In this document: in pieces, positions 23,621 through 40,026 of the stretch
How positions within the stretch are numbered: the first letter of the stretch is position 1
Layout of the letters: every line of letters starts with the position of its first letter
NCBI RefSeq assembly: GCF_009914755.1
Contig: NC_060930.1
DNA from: the human T2T-CHM13v2.0 reference genome, Homo sapiens
DNA: 64,000 bases
Strand: one strand, 5' to 3'
Program-made: the position numbers and the translations under genes
The notes under the pieces: model-generated
Told to the model about the DNA's origin: nothing
The model's database searches: none
The model's input: only the letters and a program-made list of their open reading frames with translations

Positions 23621-24188
23621 TAGTAGGCAGAATTCTAAGGTGACCCACAGTCATGTATATAATCTTCTCTTAAGTATAAATGAAGCCTACTAATATTATG
23701 AAATGTCACTTTGTGATCAAGTTTTATGGCAATAGAGAAATTAACTGGGGGTGGGCCTTAATCTAATCAGGTGAGCTCATTAAAAACAGTATTTTCTCTG
23801 ATGGGGCACAGAAAGGGCAGAAAGATTCATTCTGGCTGGCCTAGAAGGAAGCAATAATTTGCATTGTGAACAAGGGGGCAAGGACCTAACGATGCATCTA
23901 AGAGCTGAAAGTATTTTCTACCTGACAAAAAATGGAAACCTCAGTCCTACAACCACAAGGAAATGAATTTTGCCACCATCCTTTGAGCTTGGAAGGAAAC
24001 CCTAAGGCCTAGAGAGAAACTACAACCCCAACAAACACTCTGATTTTAGCCCAGTGAGACTCTGGACAGAGAACCAGTCACGCCATGCCTGAACTTCTAG
24101 TCTACAAAAACTGTGAGAAAATAAATTTGTTTTGTTTCATACTTCTAAATCAGTGATAATTTGTTATGCAGCAATATGAAACTAATAC
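23621..24188 (+). mobile_element. MLT1E-like LTR
   Basis: gtaggcagaattctaagg...cctcagtcctacaaccacaaggaaatgaattttgcc...ttgttatgcagcaatatgaaactaatac. Confidence 0.8.
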
Positions 24189-24427
24189 CATATTCATGAA
24201 ATCGTCATTTATGATAGCAAGTAAATGGAAACCTCCTCTACATGTAGCGATAAAGAACAGGTAAGCAAAATATGACATACTACACACAGCAATTAACTCT
24301 CATGTTTGCAAAGCCTATTTACAAACTTCGTAAGAACTATGTATAAAATTCCGTGTGTGTGTACATATATGTGTGTGTGTTTGTGCATTTTACATACATT
24401 CGCACAGTTTTGCATTGCATATTATTC

Positions 24428-24854
24428 ATTAGGGGTTGAATTCTGTCTCTCAGAAAAGGATATTTGAAGTCCTAATTCTCAGTACCCCCGTATGTAACGT
24501 TATTTAGAAATAGGATCTTTGCCGATGAAAGTAAGATGGGGTTATTAGAGTGGACTCTAATGCAATCTGACTGGTATCCCTAATTAAAATCAGAAAATTG
24601 GGCTAAATGGAGAGAAATGCACCAAGGGAAGACTATCTGGACACAGGGAGACCACCATCTATAAGCCAAGGAATGCCTGATGCTACCAAAAGCTACTAGA
24701 GAGGAAAGGAGCTTTCCCTTACAGTTCCCAGCAAAAAATCAACCCTGATAACACCTTGATTTCAGACTAGCACCAAACTATGAAACAATAAATTTATTTT
24801 GTTTAAACCACCCAGTTTGTGATAGTTTGTTATGGCAGCCAGGAAAGTAATATA
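24428..24854 (+). mobile_element. MLT1B/C-like LTR
   Basis: ggttgaattctgtctctcagaaaaggatatttgaagtccta...tttgttatggcagccaggaaagtaatata. Confidence 0.8.
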
Positions 24855-25051
24855 GATACCTCTATGTTCATGTAGATGGAATTGCAACAAAATTTAACAG
24901 TGACTGTCTCAGTTATTGGGAATATATTAGGCGGGTTAATACGCAATTTTTAATATTTGGCCACATTTAACCTATAAACGTGGCAATTTGACATGTTTCA
25001 GTTCATTAATTTCTTCTATATTTTTTGTGCTCATCTTAATTTTTAATTGTC

Positions 25052-25345
25052 TTTCTTTTCATTTTTTTGAGACAGGGTCTTGTTCCCCAGGCTGGAAGGC
25101 AGTGGCGTGACTGTGGCTCACTGCAGCCTCAACCTTTTGGGCTCAAGCAATCCTCCTGCTTCAGCCTCCTGAGTAGCTGAAACCACAGGCTCATACCACC
25201 ATGCCCAGCTATTTTTTTTTTTTTTGGTAGAGATGAGGTCTTACTATGTTGCCAAGGCTGATCTCAAACTCCTAGGCTTAAGTGATCATCCCGCCTCTGC
25301 CTCCCAGAATGCTTGGATGACAGGAATGAGCCACCACACCTAGCC
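25052..25345 (-). mobile_element. AluJ (Jo-like)
   Basis: gagacagggtct, ctcactgcagcctcaacc, gggctcaagcaatcctcc diagnostics. Confidence 0.9.
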
Positions 25346-27924
25346 TCCTCTAAATTTTTGAAGTTTTCATAATATGTGTTATTTCCATAGCCAAATAAAT
25401 TTGATAATCAAAAAAAGTAGACAACCCTCTTCAAATAAGCAAATGTTGGAGATTATTTATATTCATAAAGATGTTAAACCAAGATGAATTGCTAACTTGA
25501 AAATCATTTCCTTTCCTATATTCCTTTTTCTGCATTCAGTCTCTTCATATTTACCTTAAGATGTTTTATAGTTTATGCATTATTTGTATATGTCAGGTTT
25601 TAAATTGAAATATTAGAAACAGACATTATTGGAAACAGCAGTTTTCTGTTTCTACTAGAGCAAAATAACTAATGGGAGATTAATATTAATAGACTATGCA
25701 CTGAATTTTTCTTATAAAAGTTCAATTGTCTAATAAATTAATGATACCTCTCACTTTTACAAATAATATGCATATCTCTACTTGCTAGTGTTGATCTGAT
25801 CATTCAATAATCATTTAAGGATTCATTGAAATCCAAAAATTGGCTAAGAAACATGCTACTGTTGTCTAGAGGGAAAGACAGGCATCAAACAAGCAATTAC
25901 AAAAATGTATGGTTAGTCTTATAATGGGAAACATGAATTATATGGAACTAACCAAGTCAAAGGTGAGAAAATGCCCTCTGAGGAAGTGATTTGCAAGGTG
26001 AAGTTTTCCGATTTGGCAGGATAAGTAGGACCAAGTTGCAGAGGGAGCTGGGGCTTGCACTGTATAGAATGATTAAAAATAGAACAAATGTTGCTTGACA
26101 AAGTTCTGTGATTTTAGTTACAACACCTGAAAAATGTTATGATGCTATTGTCTTTTAAATACATGATTTCTTTTGACATGAATCCTGATTTTTTAGAAAT
26201 ATTTTCAAATCTGCATTTTCTGTCACGAATAAATCTCATTAACTGCTCCACTCCAAATGGCCACTTCTGTCACTGCAAATTTATATAGGGACAGCTATAC
26301 ATTATTAACAAGCTATGAAAAGTCACCGGCTAAATGTCACCAAAGCTGAGGTATAGCTGCACCTTGGGATTCATATAGCAAACAGTTTAGTTTTAATCAT
26401 CCCGGACCACAGGATGTCTTGACATTTGAGCAGCAACTTTTTCCTCTTTAACTTGCTCTGGAATCAGACCTCTATTATCTCAGCCATAATTTTTAGCTTA
26501 AATTGTGATAGAAAGTTTTACCTTCTAAATTAAAAACGTGAAAAAAATCGATCCATCAAAGAACTTATCATTCATGTAATCATTGCTCACCTGCAGCCCT
26601 CTTCCTCTTAACCCCCACTCCAAGAAAGGTGATCAAGGACAGCTATAAAATTCAAACATCTTTAGACCTGCCAGAAATTTTTTGAGCTAAATGCTTTTCT
26701 GTTACATTAAGACCTACAAGAAATGACCTTGCTGAACTGCATTAAGAGAGATGATTGATTTTACCGTGAAATATTTTTTATTTTGATAAAATAAGTAGGT
26801 TTCATATTTTTAAAATATGCTTTTGAATCTTTTTCTGCTCAAAGTCTAATAATGTTATCAGGATATCAATCTTTGATGCCTACAAAGTGTCTAAATTTAT
26901 TAATATTTTATAAAAAATATCTAATGCATATTATATATTTGAGTCTTCTTAAGATCTATCATTTTAGCCCTTCATTGTGGAGCATTCACAGTAATTAACA
27001 TAGTAATTAGAAAAAAAGGGAAACAGACATATCAATAAAGATAATGTTTGCTATATATATGTGTCTTATAACCTCATGCTGTATACCTTAAAATGGTCAT
27101 CAATACAATACTACAAATGCATTACATAACCTGTTCTGAACAAATATGACTGGCTTACTGATAATTTTTCTATATATATAATAAGTCATGGATAAGCAAT
27201 TATTAAAAAAGGGCTTATTGTCAAATAAATTGGCTTATTGGTATCTATCATACAGCTCTTACTTTATTTAATAATAAATATCATATGGTCCATAATGAAT
27301 AGTATAGTGAATGCATACATCAAAATAAAAGTAGATGATGGAATTTAAAACAATGATCATAGCATTGTTTCTTAACTGTTTTATGAGTTAACACCTAAAA
27401 ATATGTAAATTTATAATATGTCTTCTTTTTATTTCACCAAAAAATACATGTGATGGAAAATTGTCTATGGTTGTCTTCACCTCTTTGAAAAGTTAACAGC
27501 ATCACTTTTATGTTTGCTTCTATTTTCTCTATTTTATGAACAACATTCAAGTAGTATTTGTCAATTACCTATTATGCTATGAGGTATTGTAGGTTTCATA
27601 CAGTGATGAGCACCATGGACAAGATCTTTGTAGATATTACAATCAAATACAGAGAGAAAAATTAGTATCACAGAAAAAAAAATAAATGCTGCTATGTTTT
27701 ACGATGGTGTCTAATGAGAGATACAACTTTATTGAGTGGGTTGGTGGGAGGTGGGGAAAGAAGATTTTCCCATACCTGTTCTTTTGAGAGTGAGTTAGGG
27801 GAGCATTAGCAATTATTCTTGAATAACAGGCTTAACTCAGGCACATATTTAGTCAACTAACCCTACAACCTTGACTGATTGATGGAGAATATGGTAGGTC
27901 TTGAGAACCTTTCCAAGACAGGAA

Positions 27925-28400
27925 TACCTTAGTTGGGAGTCTCCAGAAACAGACCTTGAGCAAAAAGTTTGAGTAGAAGTAGTTTTTTAGGAGATATAAA
28001 ACACACCTAAAGTTGAGTAAGTTGGTAGATGAAAGAGAATGTAGAAAATGAAATTAAATCAACTATTAAAGTGGGTGCTTAGAGGTTATTCCCCTAGGAA
28101 ACTCTGATCAACCGTAAAAAACACACACTTCAGAATTATCCCACCTGATAGACTAAGAAAGCTAAGGTGTGTATACCCAAACTTCCATCAGTAATTGTTG
28201 GGGGCTGCATCCTGGATTGGGAGGATGAGAAGGGGAAGGGGGTTAATTCACCAGAATTTCTGTTCTGCTTTGCATGAAAGTAGTTTCTGAAATAAACAAG
28301 CTCATAAATAAATACACAGTTTGCTGGAAATTGGCTGTAAAAGGTTGAAATGGTAGGATGAGAGGAGTAGGAGTGATAGCCACCCATTAGACAACAGCAT
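27925..28400. mobile_element. ERVL LTR16-like remnant
   Basis: ccagaaacagaccttgagcaaaaagtttgagtagaagtagtt...cacttcagaattatcccacctga. Confidence 0.45.
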
Positions 28401-28441
28401 GACAGAGTGAGCTAAGGTATTTGCATCTATTAAGATTATCA

Positions 28442-28876
28442 GTCTCCCATTATTATTGTGTGGGAGTCTAAGTCTCTTTCTAGGTCTCTAAGGACTTGCT
28501 TTATGAATCTGGGTCCTCCTGTATTGGGTGCATATATATTTAGGATAGTTAGCTCTTCTTGTTGAATTGATCCCTTTACCATTATGTAATGGCCTTCTTT
28601 GTCTCTTTTGAACTTTGTTGGTTTAAAGTCTGTTTTATCAGAGACTAGGATTGCAACCCCTGCCTTTTTTTGTTTTCCATTTGCTTGGTAGATCTTCCTC
28701 CATCCCTTTATTTTGAGCCTATGTGTGTCTCTGCACATGAGATGGGTTTCCTGAATACAGCACACTGATGGGTCTTGACTTTTTATCCAATTTGCCAGTC
28801 TGTGTCTTTTAATTGGAGCATTTAGCCCATTTACATTTAGGCTTAATATTGTTACGTGTGAATTTGATTCTGTCAT
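28442..28876 (-). pseudogene. L1 ORF2p endonuclease N-terminus, cut by the inversion
   Basis: MTESNSHVTILSLNVNGLNAPIKRHRL...IIMGD. Confidence 0.9.
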
Positions 28877-28939
28877 TATGATGTTAGCTGGTTATTTTGC
28901 TCATTAGTTGATGCAGTTTCTTCCTAGCATTGATGGTCT

Positions 28940-29955
28940 TTACAATTTGGCATGTTTTTGCAGTTGCTGGTACTGGTTGTTCCTTTCCAAGTTTAGTGCT
29001 TCTTTCAGGAGCTCTTTTAGGGCAGGCCTGGTGGTGAGAAAATCTCTCAGAATTTGCTTGTCTGTAAAGGTTTTTATTTCTCCTTCACTTATGAAGCTTA
29101 GTTTGGCTGGATATGAAATTCTGGGTTGAAAATTCTTTTCTTTAAGAATGTTGAATATTGGCCCCCACTCTCTTCTGGCTTGTAGAGTTTCTGCCGAGAG
29201 ATCAGCTGTTAGTCTGATGGGCTTCCCCTTGTAGGTAACCCAACCTTTCTCTCTGGCTGCCCTTAACATTATTTCCTTCATTTCAACTTTGGTGAATCTG
29301 ACAATTATGTGTCTTGGAGTTGCTCTTCTCGAGGAGTATCTTTTTGGCATTCTCTGTATTTCCTGAATTTGAATATTGGCCTGCCTTGCTAGATTGGGGA
29401 AGTTCTCCTGGATAATATCCTGCAGAGTGTTTTCCAACGTGGTTCCATTCTCCTTGTCAATTTCAGGTACACCAATCAGATGTAGATTTGGTCTTTTCAC
29501 ATAGTCCCATATTTCTGGGAGGCTTTGTTCACTTCTTTTTACTCTTTTTCCTCTAAACTTCTCTTCTTGCTTCATTTCATTCATTTGATCTTCCATCACT
29601 GATACCCTTTCTTCCAGTTAACAAATCGGCTACTGAGGCTTGTGCATTCGTCACGTAGTTCTCCTGCCTTGGTTTTCAGCTCCATCAGGTCCTTTAAGGA
29701 CTTCTCTGCATTGATTATTCTAGTTATCCGTTCGTCTAATTTTTTTTCAAGGTTTTTAACTTCTTTGCCATGGGTTCGAACTTCCTCCTTTAGCTCGGAA
29801 GTTTGATCGTCTGAAGCCTTCTTCTCTCAGCTCATCAAAGTCATTCTCCGTCCAGCATTGTTCTGCTGCTGGTGAGGAGCTGCATTCCTTTGGAGGAGGA
29901 GAGGTACTCTGATTTTTAGAGTTTCCAGTTTTTCTGCTCTCTGTTTTTTCCCCAT
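28940..29955 (-). pseudogene. L1 ORF1p, frameshifted
   Basis: ATG GGG AAA AAA CAG at 29955 to TAA at 28940 is 1016 nt, not a multiple of 3; ORF track shows the C-terminal part (IWDYVKRPNL...LQKHAKL). Confidence 0.9.
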
Positions 29956-30083
29956 CTTTGTGGATTTATCTACTTTTGGTCTTTGATGATGGTGACGTAC
30001 AGATGGGGTTTTGGTGTGGATGTCCTTTCTGTTTGTCAGTTTTTCTTCTAACAGTCAGGACCCTCAGCTGGAGGTCTGTTGGA

Positions 30084-30212
30084 GTTTGCTGGAGATCCAC
30101 TCCAGACCCTGTTTGCCTGGGTATCAGCAGCGGAGGCTGCAGAACAGCGGATATTGGTGAGCAGCAAATGTTGCTACTGGATCAATCCTCTGGAAGTCTT
30201 GTCTCAGAGGAG
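30084..30212 (-). promoter_or_regulatory. L1 5'UTR ~129-bp segment carrying the ZNF93 binding site (present in L1PA4-6, deleted in later L1PA3/PA2/HS)
   Basis: gtctgttggagtttgctggagatccactccagacc...ctcagaggagtacccggc is retained where L1HS reads gtctgttggaataccctgcc; limits approximate. Confidence 0.7.
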
Positions 30213-30280
30213 TACCCGGCCATGTGAGGTGTCAGTCTGCCCCTACTGGGGGGTGCCTCCCAGTTAGGCTACTTGGGGGT

Positions 30281-33658
<3,378 letters not shown>

Positions 33659-34107
33659 ACAATGAGAACACATGGACACAGGAAGGGGAACATCACACAC
33701 TGGGGCCTGTTGTGGGGTGGGGGGAGGGGGGAGGGATAGCATTAGGAGATATACCTAATGTTAAATGACGAGTTACTGGGTGCAGCATACCAACATGGCA
33801 GATGTATACATATGTAACTAACCTGCACGTTGTGCACATGTACCCTAAAACTTAAAGTATAATAAAAAAAGATTATCATTTAAAAGTCCCAGATTTAGTT
33901 TGCTTATAGACTTTTGTCCAGTAGAGATGCAAATACTTTCTGTTCAGAAGAGAAAAATAACCCCAAAGTTATAATTTATTGTCCCGTGGGACAGCAAGCA
34001 GATATGCATCTAATCCAGCAAATATTATTCTGAAATGCCTTTATTAAACTCCCAGTGAATACACAACTCTTCAAATGCTCTCTAGTCTGTTTGTATAATA
34101 GTTTGTA

Positions 34108-34209
34108 ATTTCAAACTATTATAGGCTAAATCAAATTTAGCCTTGCTTCGCTCATAGACTTTTTTTGTTTAGACTATGTTTTAGGTTCCAGGTTTTGTAT
34201 AACATTTTA
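34108..34209 (+). repeat. 102-bp direct duplicate, copy 1
   Basis: Matches 36850-36951 with 2 mismatches. Confidence 0.95.
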
Positions 34210-34224
34210 CATAATATATTGAGA

Positions 34225-34360
34225 TAGTTCCTACTCTTATTTTTGTTTTATAAATGAGAATGATTGTGTTTTAATAAGGTTAAGTAATTTCCCAAGATCA
34301 CGCAGTTAGCAAATAATGGATTTAGATTCTGACTCAAGGAATTCTGACTTGAGATCCTTC
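34225..34360 (-). mobile_element. MIR remnant
   Basis: ttttataaatgagaa...aggttaagtaatttcccaagatcacgcagttagcaaat. Confidence 0.7.
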
Positions 34361-34884
34361 TGATATACCTCCACCCCATTTTTGAGAATTACTGCTCTAG
34401 ACCTTTTCTGAAAGGAACCTAGACTGTTTATATCTAAACACACAACTACCAAGTATCTGTGCAATTCAGGTCAGAAATTACATAAAGTTGCAGATCTTTG
34501 AATAGGAATGTATTCAAGAAAATAGCTTTTTATTGAAGAGGGCTAGATTTTTTAAAATCTGTAAGAGTTAATCAGAGCTTAGCGAATTGATGATTTTCCT
34601 AAAAAATAATAGAATTAGACTTCCCAATGTTACTAGTTATCTTGATAACAATTTTGCTAAAAATTCAAAATCCACTGACAACAATAATTATGTATGCTTG
34701 TAAAACAAAAAAGCCATATTCTGACGAAATATACCATTGGTAATAAGGGAAAATTGCTCAGTTTTTATTCTCATTAAGTCTCAAGAAAGTCTGAGTGAGG
34801 AAAACTTTAATTGGATACCACTTCATTTGGTAACACCATTAATTGGACAGTTAACAACTTTTTCAAAAGGTTGATAAGTAAATT

Positions 34885-36000
34885 GGTCATGGTAGACTAA
34901 CTTATGCTGTTTGAAAAAATAATCCCCAAATCTCAGAGGCTAAAGTAACAAAAGCTTATTTCTTGCTTATAAGACAAAGCTATCACGGGTTCACTAGAAC
35001 TACATTCTTCGGATCATTGTCCTCCCTTTGGACCTGGCTGATGATGTATTACCAATGTCCATATCAGCAAAAAAAGTGAGCCTGCAATTCTCTCATGAGT
35101 ATTTAATTGCTCTTCCCACAGAGGAACACGTTACTTCCAGCCAACTTCTCCCCTTAGTGAAAAATATTGATGTTGCCTCAACCAAACAGAAGGAAGCTAG
35201 ATGTACCGTCATACTGTTAGCAGCGGGTCTTTGCTCCCAGAGCCCCCAAGATGGCAGCAAGCCTCTTGCACTCTGACCTGGGGTTCTTGGCCTCAAGGAT
35301 TCCAAGGAATAGAACCTTGGGCCATGCAGTAAGTGTTATAGCTCTATTAGAAGCCCTGGGTCACGGAAGAGAACCATGGAACCCAGCGACTAGTGTTAAG
35401 CTAGATTAGGATGAACCTGGGCACTTAGCTGCACAGAATAATGGCGAGCCTCTAGCCCGATCAGGAGTGGCATTAGGCGCCTTGCTGGATTAGAAGCGCA
35501 GCAGACACCCTGCCCGATCTGGAGGGATGGAAGTAAGCGGCAGGTCTGCAACGCAGGGATCAGTAGTGGTGGACGGCGAGTGATAACTCAGCTCCAGCTG
35601 GAACAAACATGGACCAGCAGAGTATGCAGTTGCATGATTTAATAGAGTGAAAACAGAGCTCCCATACAATGGGAGGGGACCCAAAGGGGGTTTCCCACTC
35701 CCCACTTAATGGCTGGGGTTTATATCCCAATCATTGTCCCTTCCCCTGTGCTCTCAGATGATAGATGATGTGACTATTTCTTTACCTCCTGTTTTTAGCC
35801 TAATTGGTGTTTTAGTGAGCCCTCTTTACTACCTGATTTGTTGGGTGTGAGCTGAGTTACAAGCTCCGTGTTTAAAGGTGGATGCAGTCACCTTCCCAGC
35901 AAGGCTTAGGAATTCTTAGTTGGCCTAGGAAATCCAGCTAGTCCTGTCTCTCAATATGATATGTCTGGAAAGAGGGGAAGTGGGATATTTGGCCAAAAGA
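34885..36000 (-). mobile_element. Ancient MLT1(L/N-like) LTR remnant hosting LTR17
   Basis: aatccccaaatctcagaggct...aaagcttatttcttgctt; resumes after LTR17 with ggaaagaggggaagtgggatatttgg. Confidence 0.45.
35215..35953 (-). mobile_element. LTR17 (HERV-W group) solo LTR
   Basis: Reverse complement starts tgagagacaggactagctggatttcctaggcc and ends gacccgctgctaaca; TATA (gatataaa) near 35719-35726; attaaa at 35638-35643; 4-bp TSD atac/atat. Confidence 0.85.
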
Positions 36001-36012
36001 GTTAAAAAACAC

Positions 36013-36394
36013 TGCAGTGAGCTGAATGTTTATTTCCACCTCCTCACCCGCCCCCAAATTCATATGTTGAAATCTTAACCTTCACAGCTGGGTTTAATTG
36101 GGAGGTGAGACTTTTACCAAATGATTAGGTCCTGAGGGCTTTGCTCTAATGAATAGGAGTATTATTCTTATGAAAGAGGCCAGAGGGAGCTCATTTGACC
36201 TTTTCATCATGAGAACACAGTAAGAAGACAGCTGACTATCTATGAACTAGAAAATGGGTCCCCACCAGACATGAATTTGCTAGCATCTTGATCTTGGACT
36301 TCCCATCCTCCAGAAATATGAGAAATAAATTTTTGTTGTTTACAAGCCGTCCAGTTTAAGGTGTTTTATATAGCAACCTGAACAGACCAAGACA
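36013..36394 (+). mobile_element. MLT1A-like LTR
   Basis: ctgaatgtttat...caaattcatatgttgaaatc...atagcaacctgaacagaccaagaca. Confidence 0.85.
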
Positions 36395-36849
36395 AGTACC
36401 ACAACATGAAATGAGGTGATTATGTATACCTATATTAATATACATCTATTACTATAGAGTACATCAATTTCTTGCATATTTCTGCACATGTGTGAAAAAA
36501 GAGTCACATGAAAAGTCTTATCTTTGTAAATATACATATGTGGGAATGTGTAAACATGATACAACTGTGATACAAATAATATAGACTTTGAAAGTTTTCA
36601 TAAATGAAACGCTTGTTTTCCGAAACTTTGTCCACTGTAATAATGTTCTGGCATTTATAAAATACTGCATGTGAGGTTTTTAATAATTAGTAAATTCACA
36701 TATGTGTTTTAAATAACAGAGTAAAATAATCTTTTTAGGTAATGTGGAACAAATTGTGAAAAAAATGCAAGAGTGAAGTAGAAATGATAAAAATAAAACA
36801 TAATTTAATTGTTGTAAGTGCTTTGAGTAAGGGATTTATCCAAAATTGG

Positions 36850-36951
36850 ATTTCAAACTATTATAGGCTAAATCAAATTTAGCCTTGCTTGGCTCATAGA
36901 CTTTTTTTGTTTAGACTATGTTTTAGGTTCCAGGTTTTGTATAAAATTTTA
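36850..36951 (+). repeat. 102-bp direct duplicate, copy 2
   Basis: Matches 34108-34209. Confidence 0.95.
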
Positions 36952-37420
36952 ACTTGGAGAAACAGCCCTAGTCACCATTAATATGGTCATTCTAAGTTTT
37001 TTGGATGTTTCAAAATTATCGTTATGCTAAAAGTGCATTTGTATTATATTTAAATGTCTTAAGTTAATAGGTCTGAAAATTATCTGTATATAGACATTTA
37101 AAACAAATTTAGAAATTATTATACTGGTATAAAAAGCACACTTAATACTATGCTTCAATTGAACCAATTGTCACGTTTTCACTTCCAAGACCCCCTCCCG
37201 CTTTTCTTTTTTCCATACTGAGTTCTGTTCCTACTGTTCTGAGAAAGCTATGCTCTTACTGTTTTGCAAAGCTGGGCCTCCATATTTGTGAACATGCCAT
37301 ATATTTGTCACTCCATTCTAAAGAGAATGCCCGATTTTCCTACCTATTACCCAATTTGCTGTTTTCCCTTCATCATCAACATAATGTGTACTCTAGTGAG
37401 GGGGTGGCTGGAGGCCCAGG

Positions 37421-37747
37421 AACTTGGATGGAGCTGGAGGCTGTTATCCTTAGCAAACTAATGCAGGAACAGAAAACCAAATACTGCATGCTCTCACTTA
37501 TAAGTTGGAGCTAAATAAAAACATATGAACACAAAGAAGGGAACAACAGACACTGAGGTCTAAGTGTGGAGAGTGAGGAGAGTGAGGAGAGGGAGAGGAG
37601 CAGAAAAATAACTATCGAGGACTGAGCTTAATACCTGGCTGATGAAATAATATGTACAGCAAATCACTGTGATGTGAATTTACCTATGTAACAAACGTTC
37701 AAGTGTACCCCCAAACCTAAAACTTAAAAATAAAACAAAACACAAAA
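37421..37747 (+). mobile_element. L1PA13-15-like 3' end
   Basis: tggatggagctggaggctgttatccttagcaaactaatgcaggaacag...gagaggagcagaaaaataact...A tail. Confidence 0.85.
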
Positions 37748-37769
37748 CCTGTACTCACTGCTTTGATTT

Positions 37770-38420
37770 TTAATTTCCCATTTACTTCTCAACTCATGAC
37801 AACATATCTTTCACCTCTAATGTTTAAATTGCTCTAACAAAAATCATCCAATCTAATGATTACAAAAGTCAAGACTCTCTGCTAATCCTGACTTCATTTT
37901 GGGATCAATGCAATAAATCAATCTCTCCTTGAAGTTAATTCTCCCCTAGTTCCCATGACATTCCCATTCCAATCTTTTGCTACTTGTTTATTTACTTTCA
38001 CTGTGTCAACTTCAATCACACACTTCTTAAATGTTACTGTTTCTTTGGGCTGTAATGTCTGTTGTCTTCTTTTCATTAAATTATTGCTAAATAATACCAA
38101 CCAGAAATCAATGTTATTTATAACTGATATGACAATGACTACTAACTTGTGTTTCCAGTCCTAACTGCTCTCATTAAACTAGATCTATATTTTCAGTGGC
38201 CACTTAGTTATCTCCACATGGATGCTCTACACACATCTCAGAAGGAACCTACCAATAACCAGTCTGTTTATCCTACTTTCTCCTCACAACCTGATTCCAT
38301 ATATTTAATGGGCTATGTAAGAATTATTTTTTTCTTATTTCATCCTCATCAGTCGACTCCTTTGAGAGTGTTTGAAATATTTCTCAATTCTTTCATTTTC
38401 CTAGACTTTTGTGTTTTTGT
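37770..38420 (+). mobile_element. L2 remnant
   Basis: Pyrimidine-rich decayed L2 motifs (atctccacatggatgctctacacacatctca). Confidence 0.5.
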
Positions 38421-39390
38421 TTTATTTTCTCCCCTGGAGATCAATGGGCAGACCAGAATAGTTTTATTACAGTTCAATGGCATTTAGGGAAAGGAGCAAA
38501 TCATCATATTCACTGTGACATCACAAAAAGAATCACAGAAATCAAGAGGAGTTTCATAGTTGATATTTAAGAACACCAAGAACTTTCCCTATATCCTCAC
38601 TCAGGATTCTCTGCTTAATGAAATGTGTAAGAGCACAGAGAACTTATTAAATATTTAATAATATTTATAATATATAATAATATAAAATATATTATTTCCT
38701 CTTAAAATGATTAACATCATTTATTGGTATCTAAGTTTTTAATATAAAAATTAATTTATTTGATCTCCTAATTTCTTAAAGATGCCAAATACATGGAGCC
38801 TTCCCCTGATGTCCTGATGGCAGAATCCCATTTTGTTACACCGTGGGTGGAGAGAGCAGATGCCCCAGTGCCTCCTTGCAGCTTTGGACACAACGTGCAG
38901 ATGGCATCATTATCTCTTTTACATCTTGGATGGATTGCTGGGAAGGACATTCTGTTAAATAGTTATTTTAAAAGATCATTTGGGAACTTATGACTTTTTT
39001 TTTTGCTATTTCCTTATATATTTTATGACTAACATATATTGTTATTTTTAATTTTTTTCTGAGTTCATTCCCTTAGTTTATCATGTTAAATTTCTCTAAA
39101 GAGTAGTAGTTTTCTTTCATTTATTCAGAATATTATATTTTCATATAGAGGGAGATCCAGCACCCATAAAACATTAGAAACACTCAAAAGGTAATTTACA
39201 TATTGTTTTTTAAGATTTTTAATATTATTGAAAATACATTGTGGTCATTTTATTGTCCATCACAAATGAATAAATTCATACACAAATATATGATAATAAA
39301 AAATGCTCTACAAGCAGGTAGAGGAGTGAAAGGACTCCATGTATTCAGCTAAAGACTTTGAGCCAGTATTTGCAGGTAAGTATCATAAGC

Positions 39391-39565
39391 CAAATGTCTC
39401 AAACTTTAGCATGCATCATAACATCTGGAGGGCTTAAAAATTCAGCTTATGTTACCCATCCCAGAGTTTTTCATTCAGTGAGTCTACAGTTGGGCGTAAG
39501 AATTTGCATCTATAATAACTTCTCAGATAAGGTTACTGCTGCTCAAAATGTGGGAACTACTGCTT
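39391..39565. mobile_element. MER5A (hAT-Charlie)
   Basis: tctcaaactttagcatgcatcataacatctggagggctt...cccagagtttttcattcagtgagtct...aagaatttgcat. Confidence 0.75.
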
Positions 39566-40026
39566 GAAGTCACCTATAGAATATTTGGAAATATTGAAAA
39601 ACCAAAAGCAACCTGAAACTAGCAAATATAGTTAATACAGACAATAATACTAATAAATTGCAATGTTAAGATATCAATTATTTTAATGCTTTCATGCTAA
39701 AAGGACTAACAGAACAAAAGTGTTTAATGATCAAAATAAAACAAACCTTTTGGAAGTAATAGATGAAAACAAAACCTTTCATGATAACATTTTGTGTTGT
39801 TTTAAACGTACAGAAAAGTGCGAATTACCTTCAAAATATACTTCACAAAAAGGTCCCCTGCGGTGTAGACATTGGAAAAGGTCAAAATAACTATTTTCTC
39901 TAAATGCTTATCATATTTGTTGCTTTCACCTATTTTAGGTGACACAATTTGCTCCTTTTTTAGTGTCTTATTTCCCTATTTATGGCACTACCCTCACCCA
40001 GCCTTCCAGCTAGTACCACAATTCTT

